The translations under genes and the position numbers were made by a program. A model generated the notes under the pieces. That model saw only the letters and a list, made by a program, of their open reading frames with translations, was not told the DNA's origin and ran no database searches. Shown here one piece after another: positions 35,436 to 51,231 of a DNA stretch of 64,000 nt; the first letter of the stretch is position 1; every line of letters begins with the position of its first letter. Location: the NCBI GenBank assembly GCA_001599295.1, contig BCGN01000002.1, positions 1,302,001 to 1,366,000 on the forward strand, written 5' to 3'. The DNA comes from Sporopachydermia quercuum (lineage: Eukaryota).

Positions 35436-36956
35436 TTATAATCTGCAAACACCTGGCTTATTTGCATGCTCTTTATAATGTCTGAAGTATGGCGTATAAA
35501 TCTGCTTAGCAGTTCCAAACTTGGCTTTCATTTCTTTTCCACATGAACAAGTGATCATGATCTTTTCTTTGTTAACGACAACAACCTTATCAGGTTGTGG
35601 AATAAGATTTCCAGTTGCTAAAATACCGTGATTTAATCTCAAATGATGGTTATAGTTATTCATGTTTCTTTTGAAGTATTGTAATCTTCCGTTGATCCTT
35701 GGGCAATATCGACAAGAATCTGCATTCTCATTGCCGATAGTTTTGGAGAATTGAGGAAGAAACGGATGAGCTTTGAAAAACTCTTCTGGTCCCATTTTTT
35801 CTAAATCGTCATAATGTCTTGGTTTAACTCCATCATCCAATAATTCTAAATCAAAATGACTCTCATTAATTATCCTGCAAGCAGAAATTGGAGGAACTCC
35901 TTCGGGTAGTGAATAATGATGGTTATGATTACGCTTAGGACCATTATTATTACTATCAATGCTGATATCAACATCGATATCAATATCAGACTCTTCAGTT
36001 CCATTAGAGCCATACTCATCACTAGAAATACTAGTGGAAGGGTTTATATTCAAGTTTCCATCTGTGTTGTTACTATCATAACCTTTCAAAGTCTGAATTT
36101 GCTCATTGACAATATCAACCGAAGTAGGGAATGAGGTGTTGGAACCTTCAGCACTATTTCCAGAGTTCNGAGTTAAATTGCAAACACGACCGCAGCCTGC
36201 TAGAAATTCATTGAAATCGTCAGAATGGCTTATTTCAAGAAGTTGATTGTTAGTTAAAGTTCCCTCTGAAGTGTTATGACCATTGGGAGACTCTGTTAGC
36301 TCTTGGGCATCAAATAAATCAGATTCTGGTGATGATTGCGATAAGTTTCCAGGGCTCATGAGAAAATCTGCTTCATCTGTATTATTAGAAGCTTGTAGTT
36401 GTTCTAGAGTTTGACTTTGAACATGAAGCTTTCTTGGATCAACTGTCGATGAGTAGTAGTCATTGGTATTCATGAGCACATCTTTACCAAGAGTGTTGAA
36501 TGCAAAGAAAACATTCTTTTCAATGATCTCAGTGTTGATGGTAGTATTATTAGTAGTAAAGTTATTGTTACTAGCTGGATTATCAAAAAACATGGAAACA
36601 TCTTTAGCAGAACTCTCAGTAACTGAAAGATCAAGGAAATCAAATAACGATCTATTTTCAGTAATTGGTTCTTGGTATGAAGAAACTGCATTAGAAGTTT
36701 CAAAGCTTGGAAGTGAAAGTTCAGAAGAAGATCCGTTTGAAACCTGTTCTTGAATTTGAGGACTTTCAACTGTTGTGGAGGCTTGATTGGCAAATGGACG
36801 CGATCCAGTCAAGTCTTCTGATAAGAGATCATCAGCATCAAATACGAAAACCTTCAAAAAGTCGAAATCGGTTTTACTTTCATAAAAGCCGACTTCTGGT
36901 GGGATCAAAGGATCTCTTTGCTTGAAAGCAGCAGAGGGAACTTGAACTTGAGACAT
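35436..36956 (-). CDS. Putative transcription regulator: acidic/Ser-rich N terminus and C-terminal Cys/His domain resembling Rua1-C (DUF4451)
   Basis: CRYCP..YFKRNMNNYNHHLRLNHGILATG..P.P...CSC..YFRHYKEH. Confidence 0.7.
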   Translation of the reverse strand: MSQVQVPSAAFKQRDPLIPPEVGFYESKTDFDFLKVFVFDADDLLSEDLTGSRPFANQASTTVESPQIQEQVSNGSSSELSLPSFETSNAVSSYQEPITENRSLFDFLDLSVTESSAKDVSMFFDNPASNNNFTTNNTTINTEIIEKNVFFAFNTLGKDVLMNTNDYYSSTVDPRKLHVQSQTLEQLQASNNTDEADFLMSPGNLSQSSPESDLFDAQELTESPNGHNTSEGTLTNNQLLEISHSDDFNEFLAGCGRVCNLTXNSGNSAEGSNTSFPTSVDIVNEQIQTLKGYDSNNTDGNLNINPSTSISSDEYGSNGTEESDIDIDVDISIDSNNNGPKRNHNHHYSLPEGVPPISACRIINESHFDLELLDDGVKPRHYDDLEKMGPEEFFKAHPFLPQFSKTIGNENADSCRYCPRINGRLQYFKRNMNNYNHHLRLNHGILATGNLIPQPDKVVVVNKEKIMITCSCGKEMKAKFGTAKQIYTPYFRHYKEHANKPGVCRL

Positions 36957-38109
36957 TCGTATCAGAGTGTTTCTTAAGCTTAGAGAAGACTTGAGAGTAG
37001 ATTGTTTAACTTTGATGAGGTTCAACTATTTGATAGTAAGTACCTAAAGTTTTATCTTGATTAGAACTAATTGGCTTCCAATAAAGATTTGCTTGTAAAT
37101 AAGAAACAAGAGAAAGCTTTCTGAAAATAAGAAGAACACCATTGCAAACTAGCTACTTTCGAAAAGCAGGGTAAAGGGTGATTCTAGTTGTTTAAATAGT
37201 TTTCTATTTGTAAGGGTGAAGGATGAAGAGAACAATCAAAGATCAAAGCACTATCAAATGAAAATTTTTCACCTCAAGAGAGCCTGACAATGAGAAAGAA
37301 GTATTTGGAATGAGTGAAGAACACGCTAAAACCCGTCAAATTGTATCAAATGTGTCAACTGTGTCAATTGGAAAGAAGTTTATTCTAAAGTTGACTACCT
37401 CTGTTCTTGCTGATTTCATTTGAATCATTTCAGTTCTTAAACTGGAAGCAAGACCGTTAATGATAAGAAATTCTAGTGTATTTGATGGAAAGAAAGTTCA
37501 AATGGCAGACCAAATATTCATTTGAAGTTTGATTTATTTGGCTGTAGTGAAATAGAAAGAAGAACTTAAATTGATATTTGTATGGGCAGGCCACTATTTA
37601 AATTTTAGCAATTACACTGTACTAAAATTAGTTTCAGTGTAGAAACCTTATTGAGGCTTGCAAACTTGGGGAGACACCAGAAGAGATAAAGTGTAGGGTT
37701 TTGCTATTGGAAGATATAACTACCATGCTTAGTTACAGTGAAATTATCACCAATTAAAAGTAGAGATTTTATTATTTATTTTTTTACGTGCTGTCAAATG
37801 GTTCTAGTTAAGCAAGCACAAAAGAACATTCAAGAAAAGAGCGTACTGAAATAAAAATATTCAAATGAGGAAAAACTCTGTCAAACTTAAATCCTTTAAA
37901 CTTCATTTTAGCCCAAACGTTAATTTGCCTGTCATCATAAAGTATTCCAACTGCCTATTCGTAATTGATCCTCCTCTTACAGCAATAACAGCACTATAAC
38001 AAGTTTTTTAGTATTTACACTTGCNAGTACTTTCAAAAATCAAAGTGGATTGAAGGGTGTTGTTGATTCAGCGACTTACTCATTAGCATGAATGGAAACA
38101 AACGCACAT

Positions 38110-39990
38110 CTTTCTCAAAACTCTGTTCTTTCTTTATTGTGTCCGATGCAGGCAGAATATGCTTTTGACGGTGTTGAAATTTTGCCAAAATATTTTTCAT
38201 TACAATTAGAAATCATGATAAACCTCTGTTTTCACTTGCTTAGTCTTAATCTGCGGTGGAATAAATGTCTCACTTACTAATATATCATGCTGCAATCTCA
38301 GATGGTGATTATAGTTATTATGACTTTCTTTATAAAACACCCAAGTCTTCGTTTCGGGAACAATAACTGCAATCAAACTTCAGTAATTCCTTCTTCATTA
38401 ACTCTTGTATATTTCGATACAAAGGGTTTCTTTNAAAGAACTCTTTCCTTGTAACTTGAAATTCACGGCAAAACCTCAGATAGATTCCACAAATTGTCAG
38501 TTGAATAGACACTTTTTTATTCATTTATGCATTTACTTAAATAACAAGGCTCTAGATGATCGCAAGTGAGCAAATTCTTTGGTTCAACTAATGTTGAAAA
38601 GAGTGTGATAAGGTGTTGGTGATACATCTGAATTACTGCTGTTACCAACAGTCATTTTCATTTGCTGATCCAACGAATCGCCCTTAGATTATTTTGAATT
38701 GAGATGGTTTTCGCACTATACTGGTTTTACTTATCCTTTGAGTTGTATTTAGGAGCTTTCTTCTTCTTTTCTATGAAATTTCGTTTGAATCATCAGAACT
38801 ATTTTCAGAACGAGAAGAAACATTCTTAGTACTATCAGCATTCTTTCTATTCCAAACATTTAAGATACCATTCGAACTATATGATAATCAAATGTAACTT
38901 GAAATCTCCATGGTGGCGATCAGTCTTTCGGGGGTTCTTTTCTAATTGCATTGCCATTAATCGCAATCATAAGAATCAATATCGAGAATCTTAGAATGAT
39001 CAATACATTCGAATAAACTTGAAGTCAGTCTTTCTTTGGAACTTTTAGCATCAGTTTCTAAACTTTTGTCTGAAGTTGAATGATTAGACGAATACTAAGA
39101 AAGCTCTTTTCAGTTGAAGTGGAATAGTTCCTGAATACTGATTGAGTAATGGTTTGAAATAAAATCTGTACCCGAAGCCTAAATTAGAGTTACATCAAAA
39201 TTAGAATGGTGACCCGATATGGAAATAAAATTAGAGTGGAGCTTCAATAGTAAACTTATTTTCTCCCCCTCTTTATAATGCAGATCCGCAGTACCAGTAT
39301 CAATCAATGTCTGGTAACCGTTTAGCTAATGATTTGCTGATACTATTTTCAACTGTTCATTCAGTGATTAGATTTTATTCTCATTCAAGAGAAAACTCTT
39401 CCTACTCTCTGAATGCGTTAATACTAATAGTCGGGGAATCACTGCCAATACCATTAATATTTCCCTAACAAAGATTCTTTGGTTCTAAATTCATTGTTGA
39501 TAATGACAATTCCAGTGCTTTCTCTAATATTTATCTTTATTTATTTCTTGGGCAATCTTCTTCTGTTTATATTTATTATACTTCATAGAAGTCTGTTAAA
39601 AGCTACCATTATCATGTATCCCAGTATTACCTTGTACTATTTTCTCCTCTTTTTGTTCCAGGAAAGTATTTGCACAATCTTCAATATTGGAAAAAACCAT
39701 AATTATTGCCATCAATTTTCTGCTTGCCTTGCAACTTCAAAGAAAATTTTTTTGGTTGTTCTTTTGGTGGTGACCTTGATAAATATGTAGGGATTTCTTC
39801 TGGCACATCTATGGCTCTTCTTTTGATACTGATCTTGATACTATTCTGAACTAATTGATACGTCCACTTTCTAAGGAGTACTCACATTTACCTCTATTTT
39901 GCTGGCTTTTATTGACTTCTTTCTTTTTTCGATTTTCCCTTCTCGTTTTCTTTTGAGTCTTTTGCAGATAAGGTTAAGTATTTGTACTTT
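38110..39990 (-). pseudogene. Decayed tandem paralog of the adjacent zinc-binding gene (5' limit uncertain)
   Basis: Minus-strand fragments EFFxRNP..FDCSYCSR and, after a frameshift, FYKESHNNYNHHLRLQHDILVSETFIPP and KISTPSKAYSACIGHNKE align with the neighbour's C terminus. The upstream sequence looks coding-like but has many stops. Confidence 0.8.
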
Positions 39991-40681
39991 GATAGAAAGA
40001 ATTAAAAGGAAGGAGTGATGGAAAGTGAATGATGGGAGGTTGTTGTCGAAAGTAAGGAAACTCTTGTTAAAAAAGATCTAGGAAGAGTGTCCAGTCTCAT
40101 ATTTGTTATGCCAAATTCGTGTTAAATCAAGAGCATCAGATCAAAAAGTATAGATCTTGATGAGATATTTGCGGACATTAATAATTTGTACTGTAATTGC
40201 CTAAACTCAACTTTTTTTCTTTTACTGTAACTAGCTTAACCTTATTGTTTTTTAAGGTTTAGCTTCTGAAAAAGAATATTCTTTCAAATTTTATTTTCCT
40301 GTCATTCCATCAAACACTCATTTTCATTGTTCACTCATAAAGATTCTTCTATAATTTCCACTCAAAACTTTTCATTGTTTTTAGTATCTCCAACATCAAC
40401 ATAGAAACTACAATTCTTTTTGAATACGATATATATATATATATGTAAATCTATTTTTATTCTTTGTGGAACTTCTAAGAATAGGAAACAGGAACACCAT
40501 TCACAGTTACACTACATTGGNATTACCGATTGTTCTATTATTCTATTACCAACTGAAAGAAAACACTTATTAAATATCTATTACATTTTTAACTATAAAC
40601 CTCAGCCAGAACAATAAATTAACAAACGAATACACTTTACTTTACTTCAACAGAAAATCATTAATCCAAGCAACCTAAATA

Positions 40682-43376
<2,695 letters not shown>

Positions 43377-43857
43377 TTTGATTCAAAGTCTCAGGTTGAA
43401 TAACGATGAAAGATTCCTTTCCTATTCGCTCTTGTTGATACTTTTGCTGTACGCGAATGGAAATGAAGAATTGCGAGAAAATAGTGGGAAAACTGAATAG
43501 AAAATGAATAGAAGTTATGTTATGTCCAACTCTTGATTGACGCTTTATACAAGACAAAAGTGTAAATGTGACCAGTCAACTTTGTTTAACTTGCTTAACT
43601 TGCTTGGAAAGAACAGATGAGCGTTAGGAATAAAAGATAAGAAGGTATCAAAGGCAATCAACAACAGATGATAGAGATACTTTGAGACTGTTGACAGAAC
43701 TTGAAAAGAAATAAGAGAGAAGAAGACGAACAGAAACACTAACAGAAACAGTTGAGAGCGAAGAACCAGAAGACTCGAAGGAGGTGAACGTGCAGTATGT
43801 AGCGTTTCTCTTCCTATTTACTAATTTGTGTGTGGGATATAAAGTTTTAGCTAAAGT

Positions 43858-44016
43858 TTCGCGCGTAGATGGAGAAGATAGTAAAGGTAGAGAAAAAGAT
43901 ACTTTGAAAGTTGCTGAGTTAATAGGTCTTATACATTTTATTACTTCGTTGATTGAAAATTTACAGGAGAACGCGTATTTACGCGTTTGAGTTTGAAAAG
44001 TTAAAGCGCGACGCGT
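43858..44016. promoter_or_regulatory. MCB cluster upstream of MCM3
   Basis: Perfect ACGCGT at 43971, 43981 and 44011, plus CGCGCG at about 43860. Confidence 0.7.
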
Positions 44017-44383
44017 TGTANAATCTCCATTTTGGTTACTTATATAAGGTTAAGCTTTTAGTTAAAGTTTTATATTATATTTCCCTTTTGAGAGCTTAAA
44101 ATTGTACATGTAAATATACANCAAAATATGCAATATTATGCATACATTGCAGTGATACTAATTAATGTCATGACATTAAACCGTTATTCTTAAGCTTAGA
44201 GAACACATGTAATTTACATAGTATCCATATAGTATTGTCTTACATGTAGGGGTATTCTCTGTCTATATTAAATCCTTCTCATTCTCCCATCCTCTCTGTA
44301 CCAAGCATGGATCATTCGTCAATCAATACAATTAACTGCCAGCCATTTAACTCTTCAAAGAGTCTACAGCATCTCAGCCCATT

Positions 44384-47300
44384 TCAGTACTTCAGCCTTC
44401 TTTCCATTTTATTCCCATTGTCTTGAATAAGCTTAGCAAGCTTTGTTTTCTGAAAGTTGAATGATGGATCAACTACACACATTGGGTCATTTAGTAGTTC
44501 TTTTGCTGTTGGCCGTTTCTCNGGATCACTGGAATTTCAATGTTAGTAATCAGACTAAATAGCACTACATAGTAATCAAACAGTAATCAAATATTTACAA
44601 CAATAAATGATCAGCCAATCCTTCTTTCCCCTAGCAAATATACTTACATATTACAACACTCCTGAAGAATGAAGTTCTGAGCATCTTTCGAAACATACGG
44701 AAGAATATCAGAAGGAATTGGTGGTCCCCGCTTTTCACTAGCAACCATAAACATGGCACTGAGAGCTTCTCTCTCCGACCAAGGTCTTCTACCAGCAAAC
44801 ATTTCTAGAACGACACATCCTAAAGACCAGATATCAACTTTAGCGCTGTAGCCTTGTTTTTGGTCGTTTCTTACGCTATCCATGACTTCAGGGGCCATCC
44901 AGAAGATGGATCCTTGCATGAATGAGTTTTCTTCATCGGCATAGGCGTCTCCTATAACGGGAAAGTTAGTGGATGAATTCAGATTCCGGAGGCGGAAAGC
45001 ATAATTGATAGGCTTTAAATGAGGTTTCAAAGATAATTAATACGTACTGCTTCTTTTGGAGATACCGAAATCGGTAATTTTGCACACCCCGTTCAAATCG
45101 AGTAATAGATTATCCGCTTTTAGATCCTATTGTGGTTTTTGTTAGTACACTAATTGTGGTTCAAAATGACTGTTAGCCACAGATAAACTGGAAATGATCT
45201 CAGTAGAATAGAAACCAATAAACCTGAAATCATAGCATAAAAATAGTCTCCAATTCGCTCCGGTATCATTCCCATTTCCCTGTTCCCATTCCCATTCCCA
45301 TCCCCATTTCTGTTCCTTCTGTATACTTACTCTATGCAGAATACCATTAGCATGCAAATATGCCAAACCTTTCAACACCTGCGCTAATAAAAACCTAATC
45401 AAGCTCTCATCAAACCTTCCATAAGCCTTTATGCACGTTCCAATTGACCCTCCAGGAACGTATTCTAGAAACAAACTATAAAAGTTGTCCTTTTGTTCGA
45501 AACCTAAATACTGGACCACGTTCACGTGATTCAAATCCTTTAAAGTTTCAACCTCGGACGTTAACGCATCAACTAAATCGGCTACTCGGCTTCTCGCCAA
45601 CGGATGTTTGGGAACCTCCACCTGTTTTACTGCCATCATTTCACCAGTAGTAATGTTCATGGCAATGAACACTTTAGCAAATGTCCCTTTCCCTATTAGT
45701 TCACCTTTCACCCAAGCCATTGGCCTGTCCTTGGTATCTGTTGTTGTGAGCAAAGCTGTGACTGCGCTTTTATTCTTTGTATCGTTTGGTTTCACTTCAA
45801 TTACCTTTTGGCCCCATAGTTTTGTACTGGTGCGTCTAAGGATAGCACCCGAAGAACCCGGCAAAGGAGTGCTTGCCATAGTGATTTTCCGTCTTGCTTC
45901 ACTTGCTTCTCTTGCAACCACGCGTATACTTTTCATTCTCCGATGTAAGCCGGTATTATTTCCGGTATTGGCGGGTTTGTCTTTATTCCGAAGTTTATTG
46001 TTGATTAGGTGATCACTACTATTATCTTCTCCAGGATTTCCCAGACCGGAATCCATGGAAGTATTGCCCGAGTTATTATTTGCGCTTTTAAGGTTCAGCT
46101 TCCGTTTATTCAAACCGTCCATTTTAGGGGAAATGGGCGAAGGAAGCAGTCCTTCTGCCACAATTGGTTGATCCAGATCCGTATCAGGAAAGAACTTTTC
46201 CAAATTCTTATATAAAACGTCTTCTGAAGGTCTCATTGCCCAATTACTACTTTCAAGTGGAGTCACTTCATCTCCTCCGGTTTTATGATTTCCGCTATTG
46301 TCAGAACTAGCGGTGCTGCTATTACCATTGTTGCAGCTATTGCTATTACTATTCCTATTACTATTGCCATCTTCTCCGTCTNTTACCCTCGCAGGGCTTG
46401 TCACTACAGGCCGTTTAGCCCATAGGCCATCATCGGATTCATCAGTGGAAACGCCTTCCGAACCGTCGGATTCCTCATTGGGAACGTTATCAAAGTTAAT
46501 TTCGTTTTCCCTAAACTGTTCGTCTGTTGGCCGTTCTAGGGTACTAACGAATCGTTTTGAACTTTTGCGGCGAACGAAGTTATCGCTATAGTTTCCGCTT
46601 CCATATTCGCTCCCCCTTTCGGGTTCTGAGTTACTACTTCCGGCAGTAGACACAACTGTGGCTGAGCTAGTGGTGCTATTACTGTTCATAGAATGAGTAG
46701 CTTTCAGATTCTGGTTTCCAGGNAGCCTTGGAGGTGGAGGGGGTGCAGCCCGCTTGGCTATAATACTCTTATCCTCATAAGGCGATAATCTTCGTTGGTC
46801 AAAGTCGATTTCCTTCTTTCTGAGTACTCGGAAGGATTCATTTCCGGTAGGAGAATGTGTTTTGGTTACCTGCTTGATGAGAGAAGCGCCTTGCTCTTTC
46901 AGCTGTTTCGTGGTCATTCCNGAGCTTGAGGAGGGGAAGGGAGTTAATTCGGCCGAGTTATGGTGTTTTCTGGCTGCTGTGGCAGAGTTGGATGCTTGGC
47001 TGTCAAAAGCGGAATGGCCAGATATGGCTTGACTACCTGGTTTAGAGGCTCCATGAATTTTGTTGTTGATAGCGTTAACCAGCGTTGCCGAATTAGGAGC
47101 TTGCGGCGGTTGTGGTGGCTGTGGCGGTTGTGGCGATGGCGTATCTTCGCTACTTCCAGTAATAGCACCACTATTTTCGCCAGCATTACCGCCTGCACCG
47201 CTTCCTGAGCCCCAAGCACCCTTCGGAGGCTTCTTCTGTAACCCGGCTTTATCCCGCTCACTCCTATCCGAATTTCCTTTATTTCCATANGTCTTATAGT

Positions 47301-50300
47301 TCATATAATCAACTTCCACCTTCCCATCACCGTTTCCATTTCCGCTATCACCACTTCCGTTCCCGTCATACAGATACTGCGGCGTAGAAGGGTACTTTCG
47401 ACCGTCAACGCCTGCTTCAAAAGAATAACTGTCGCTGCCTGAACGGTTGGCCCGCATCGCATAAGGGTAACCATTATGAGCACTGCCATGCGCATTTGTA
47501 TGCGTGTTTTCCACTGTTTGCTGCTTGACGAACAGTTTGACTGAATAGTTGAAAAACTGCGTGTCCCGCAGAACTTCCAGGTGCTTGCTGTCCAGCGCTT
47601 CGCCTTCCGAACAGTTGAAATCTGTTAAATGCAACGTGGCACCAGAACTATTGGAAATACTCAACAGCTGGCACAACGCGGTCGCGATGTCAACATCCTT
47701 CTTGTATACCAAATCGCTCACATCCAGAGCTTCAAACCAGGTGTTATCTTTGGTGATTAAGATGGATTTGATGTTTTTCATCACGGGGATGGGCAGGAAT
47801 TCGATGGGAAATGTGGATTCTGGCGTTGGGGCATTTGCAAAAGAATTTGAAGGTGAATTCTGTTTCTTTCGTTGCATTAGAGGGTTTGGTAGCGAAATGT
47901 TGCTTGAATTGTTGAAAGATAAGCTTATAGGCGTAGAAGAAGTGGCGATTGTTGGGGGCATNGATGGCACTTTGGTTAAAGGATTTTGAACCATTTGTCC
48001 TTGTTGGAAGCCTGTGCTAGCTTCATTGGCNCAACTATCGCTGTTTTTCTCTCTTTCAGGCTCATCTTTCTCCCCTTTGGATTCCCTAACATTACTACTA
48101 CTATTATCGGTATTATTGGTGGTCGCATCAATGTTCACACTGCCGATGCATCTTCTGTTTCTATCGTTTGACCGTGAGGGCAAATCAAACGCTGCGTTAG
48201 CGTTGCTGCTACCACGAGAAGGGCTTACAGGTGATACCAGCGAGAAACGGGATTTATCTTTCCGTTTGAGCTTCTGGAGGATATTGGTTCTCCCCGTGCC
48301 CGAGCTGTTAGAGGCGACGGCCGCCACGGAGGAAGCAGCTGAGGTCCTCGGGCCAGAAATGGTTCCTGGAGTAATTCCTGTTCCAGTGCCCCCGCCAGCG
48401 CCTGGGCCCCCTTCATCGTTTGTTAACGATAAGCTGGAGGCGCTGGAAGACTGGAAAAACGTGTTGATCGACGACTCAGACGAATTTGACTTCTTGTGCC
48501 TTCGAAACAGGCCAAATGTTAACGACGGCGACGACGGCGATAGGGAAACACCTCCCCAGAGTTTTGATGGACCTGAAGTGCTGGTGGCAGATGACGGGCC
48601 GGATGTGCTGGTGACGCCGCCGGCTGTTTCGTGAACAGAAAAAGGTCGCATGGTTGATCTTTTCCCTGTGCGAGCTTTGACTGCTGTAGGATAGATGCTT
48701 NCGGTATTATTTTCTGCAACAGCGNTGGCAGTAACAGCAGTAGCTCTGCTACCATTGCTAGTGCTAGTCCTAATGGCATTGCCACCGGTACTGCCAACGT
48801 CACAAGCGCTGACACTAGAAGAGAAAGAGCTGGTGCTTTCGAGCGATTTTCTTCCTCGTGGTATACTTGCTAAAGGAGCTGAATACACTGGTATTATATC
48901 GTCAGCTTCATTGCTGGAGTTTAGTTGAGCTGATCTTGATCGCACATGGCCAAAGAAGGATGACTTGGTGGCTGAGTTGACAGGAGAGCTGGGATTAGTC
49001 GCAGGGCTGATTGAACTAGTTTCAATACTGGTTTTTCTCGCTTCTTCCCTGGGAGATTCCCCGGAGGGCTCTTTGAAGGGCACTCCGGAAAGTTCTTCAA
49101 CGATAGGTACAATTCCCCTTCGGTGTAACGGTGGAGGGTTACCGTCATTACTGGTAATGTTGTTGCTAGTGTTTGATGCTCTTCCAATAGGGTTAGAATC
49201 AATCACTGACGTCTCATTTGTATAAGAAAGGTCATTCGTAATTGAATTAGCTGTGCTGTTTCCATTGCTAAGGTTGATATTAGGTGATAGCTGATTATCT
49301 GATAGCCCCATCTCAGTATCGGATGGTTTCCGTTGCTTTGAATCAAATCGCCACTCCGATCCTTGGAANTTTTTCTGGTGGGTACTATCACCGACTTCAA
49401 ATTCTGCGTCTGCCTCTGCTTTACCAACCGGGCTCTCATTATTATGAGACACTCCAGTTACATTTAAAGCCTTTTTCAGTAAATTTAGAAACCTGTCGAC
49501 ACCTTCAAATTCACTATTGGACCCAATAATCCTTTTCGCGGCGTCGCACCTAACGACGTCCTTCAGCACATGGTAATTGCTCAGCATGGTGAACCTTCCC
49601 TGCTGGATATCAAGCAAATAAAACAGCGACTTCCAGTAATGGTCAAAGTTGTATTCATCAAGCCACCGCTGGACTTTTTCCATTGGCCAGTCAGTTTGGA
49701 GCATTTGATGATCTGCTTCAGTTGCATTTATGCTTACGTCGATGGTTCTTGCTGGTGAAANCGAAGGAACGTGCACTTCTGAATAGTCAACGTCCTGCAG
49801 GGAATCCCGCATAGAATCGTCTAAAATAGAAGAGGTGCCCGAAAGTGGTGATACCATTAAATCGGTGATAGCTGGGGGCAGAACTGGTGTTCTGTGGTAT
49901 GCCGAGATTGAGCCAGNAGAGCTGCTAACAAGGGAGTATCTGTCTTCGCTCATAAGAAAATTGGTATTAGCATCACTGCTGGCACTGGCACTAGCAGATC
50001 TGGGAGAAGATTGGGAGACAAAAGAGAACTCCGAATCCCCAGGGTTACTACCGCTGAGAATTCTTCTGGATCTCCTGCTGTCAGCTGAGTTTCTAGGCAG
50101 AGAAACGGGACTATTGGAGTAATGTTGGCTTTGAGGAGTGGAAGCAGCAGCAGCGTGGATTTCCGAGTTGTTGCTGAAAGGAGACGATGTTGCAGTTGAA
50201 GTGAACGAGTTGACATTGTCTTGTAGATGGCTGTTATTGGGGTCTGACACAGCAGAGACGTAAGAGCTGAACGAGCTGGAAGTGCGTGACATGGAATTGT

Positions 50301-51231
50301 CATGGGTGTTCAATCCTTCATTGTTGTTGATGTTGGGAGTATTTATGTGTAGATTTCCTTTTCCTTCTGTTTCGTATATGGTTTTATCGTCAGCATGCTG
50401 ATATTCTATTGGCTGCCGCAGTTGGTGATGTGGTTGCTGGTATTGATGGTTCGTTTGATCAATAGGAGATGAATTGGCAGCAAAAGGCCTCGAGGTTGCT
50501 CCTGACGGACTTTCGTAGAAGTAACTGCCATCATTTACATTACCACCGCTGCTACTACTACCATTATAAGGTTTCCCACTGCTGGATTTCCCATAATGCT
50601 GGACCTCGGGAAGCTGAGGCGGCCATGGAGGAAAACTCGGGACAGAATTATCGCCGTTGCTTTTGTCATAAAGTGCTCCCATTGGTCCCGTTCCTTGTCC
50701 TGTGCCCAGTTTTGGATGCCCGCTGATCATTTTATCATATTCATTATCGCCATGATTTAAATCAGAATAGTTCATAATCGACTGCTGAAAACTAAACTCA
50801 GAAACATTAGATGTAGAACTGTTATCAACGGTAAAAGGCGTAGAAGGCATACGATGTTTCAATCCCGATGGATCAAACGATGTTCCTGCTGTGCTTGGTA
50901 TTCCTGTGCCTGCTGATAGCTTATTCAAGGCGCTCGAAGTTAGATGCTGCTTGCTTGCTTTCTTCTTTGACGATTTCCCATTTTTAAGGGGTTTGTTCGG
51001 CTTCTCCTTACCAACGCCCGGTTTTCTGCTCCTGACTCCCGGCATAGCCATAGAAGGATATGGCGAGGAAGAACTTGTTACATTTGCTCCATTTCTAGTA
51101 GACAGTTGCTCCTGGGTGATATCTGAAAAGTCCGGTACATCAACAAAGAACTCGGGTAACTCACTTTCCTTGTAGTTGCCATCCGATCTTCTGGGTTTGC
51201 CCTTTTTGGATTCGTATCGGCTATGGCTCAT
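44384..51231 (-). CDS. BCK1: Cell-wall-integrity MAPKKK, four exons
   Basis: Exons 45331-51231, 45048-45126, 44648-44951 and 44384-44527 rebuild the kinase: GELIGKGTF, AVKQV, HR|DLKADN, DFGISK, MQGSIFWMAPE. The Bck1-type WAMRP..LEKFFP.TDLD motif precedes it. Confidence 0.92.
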
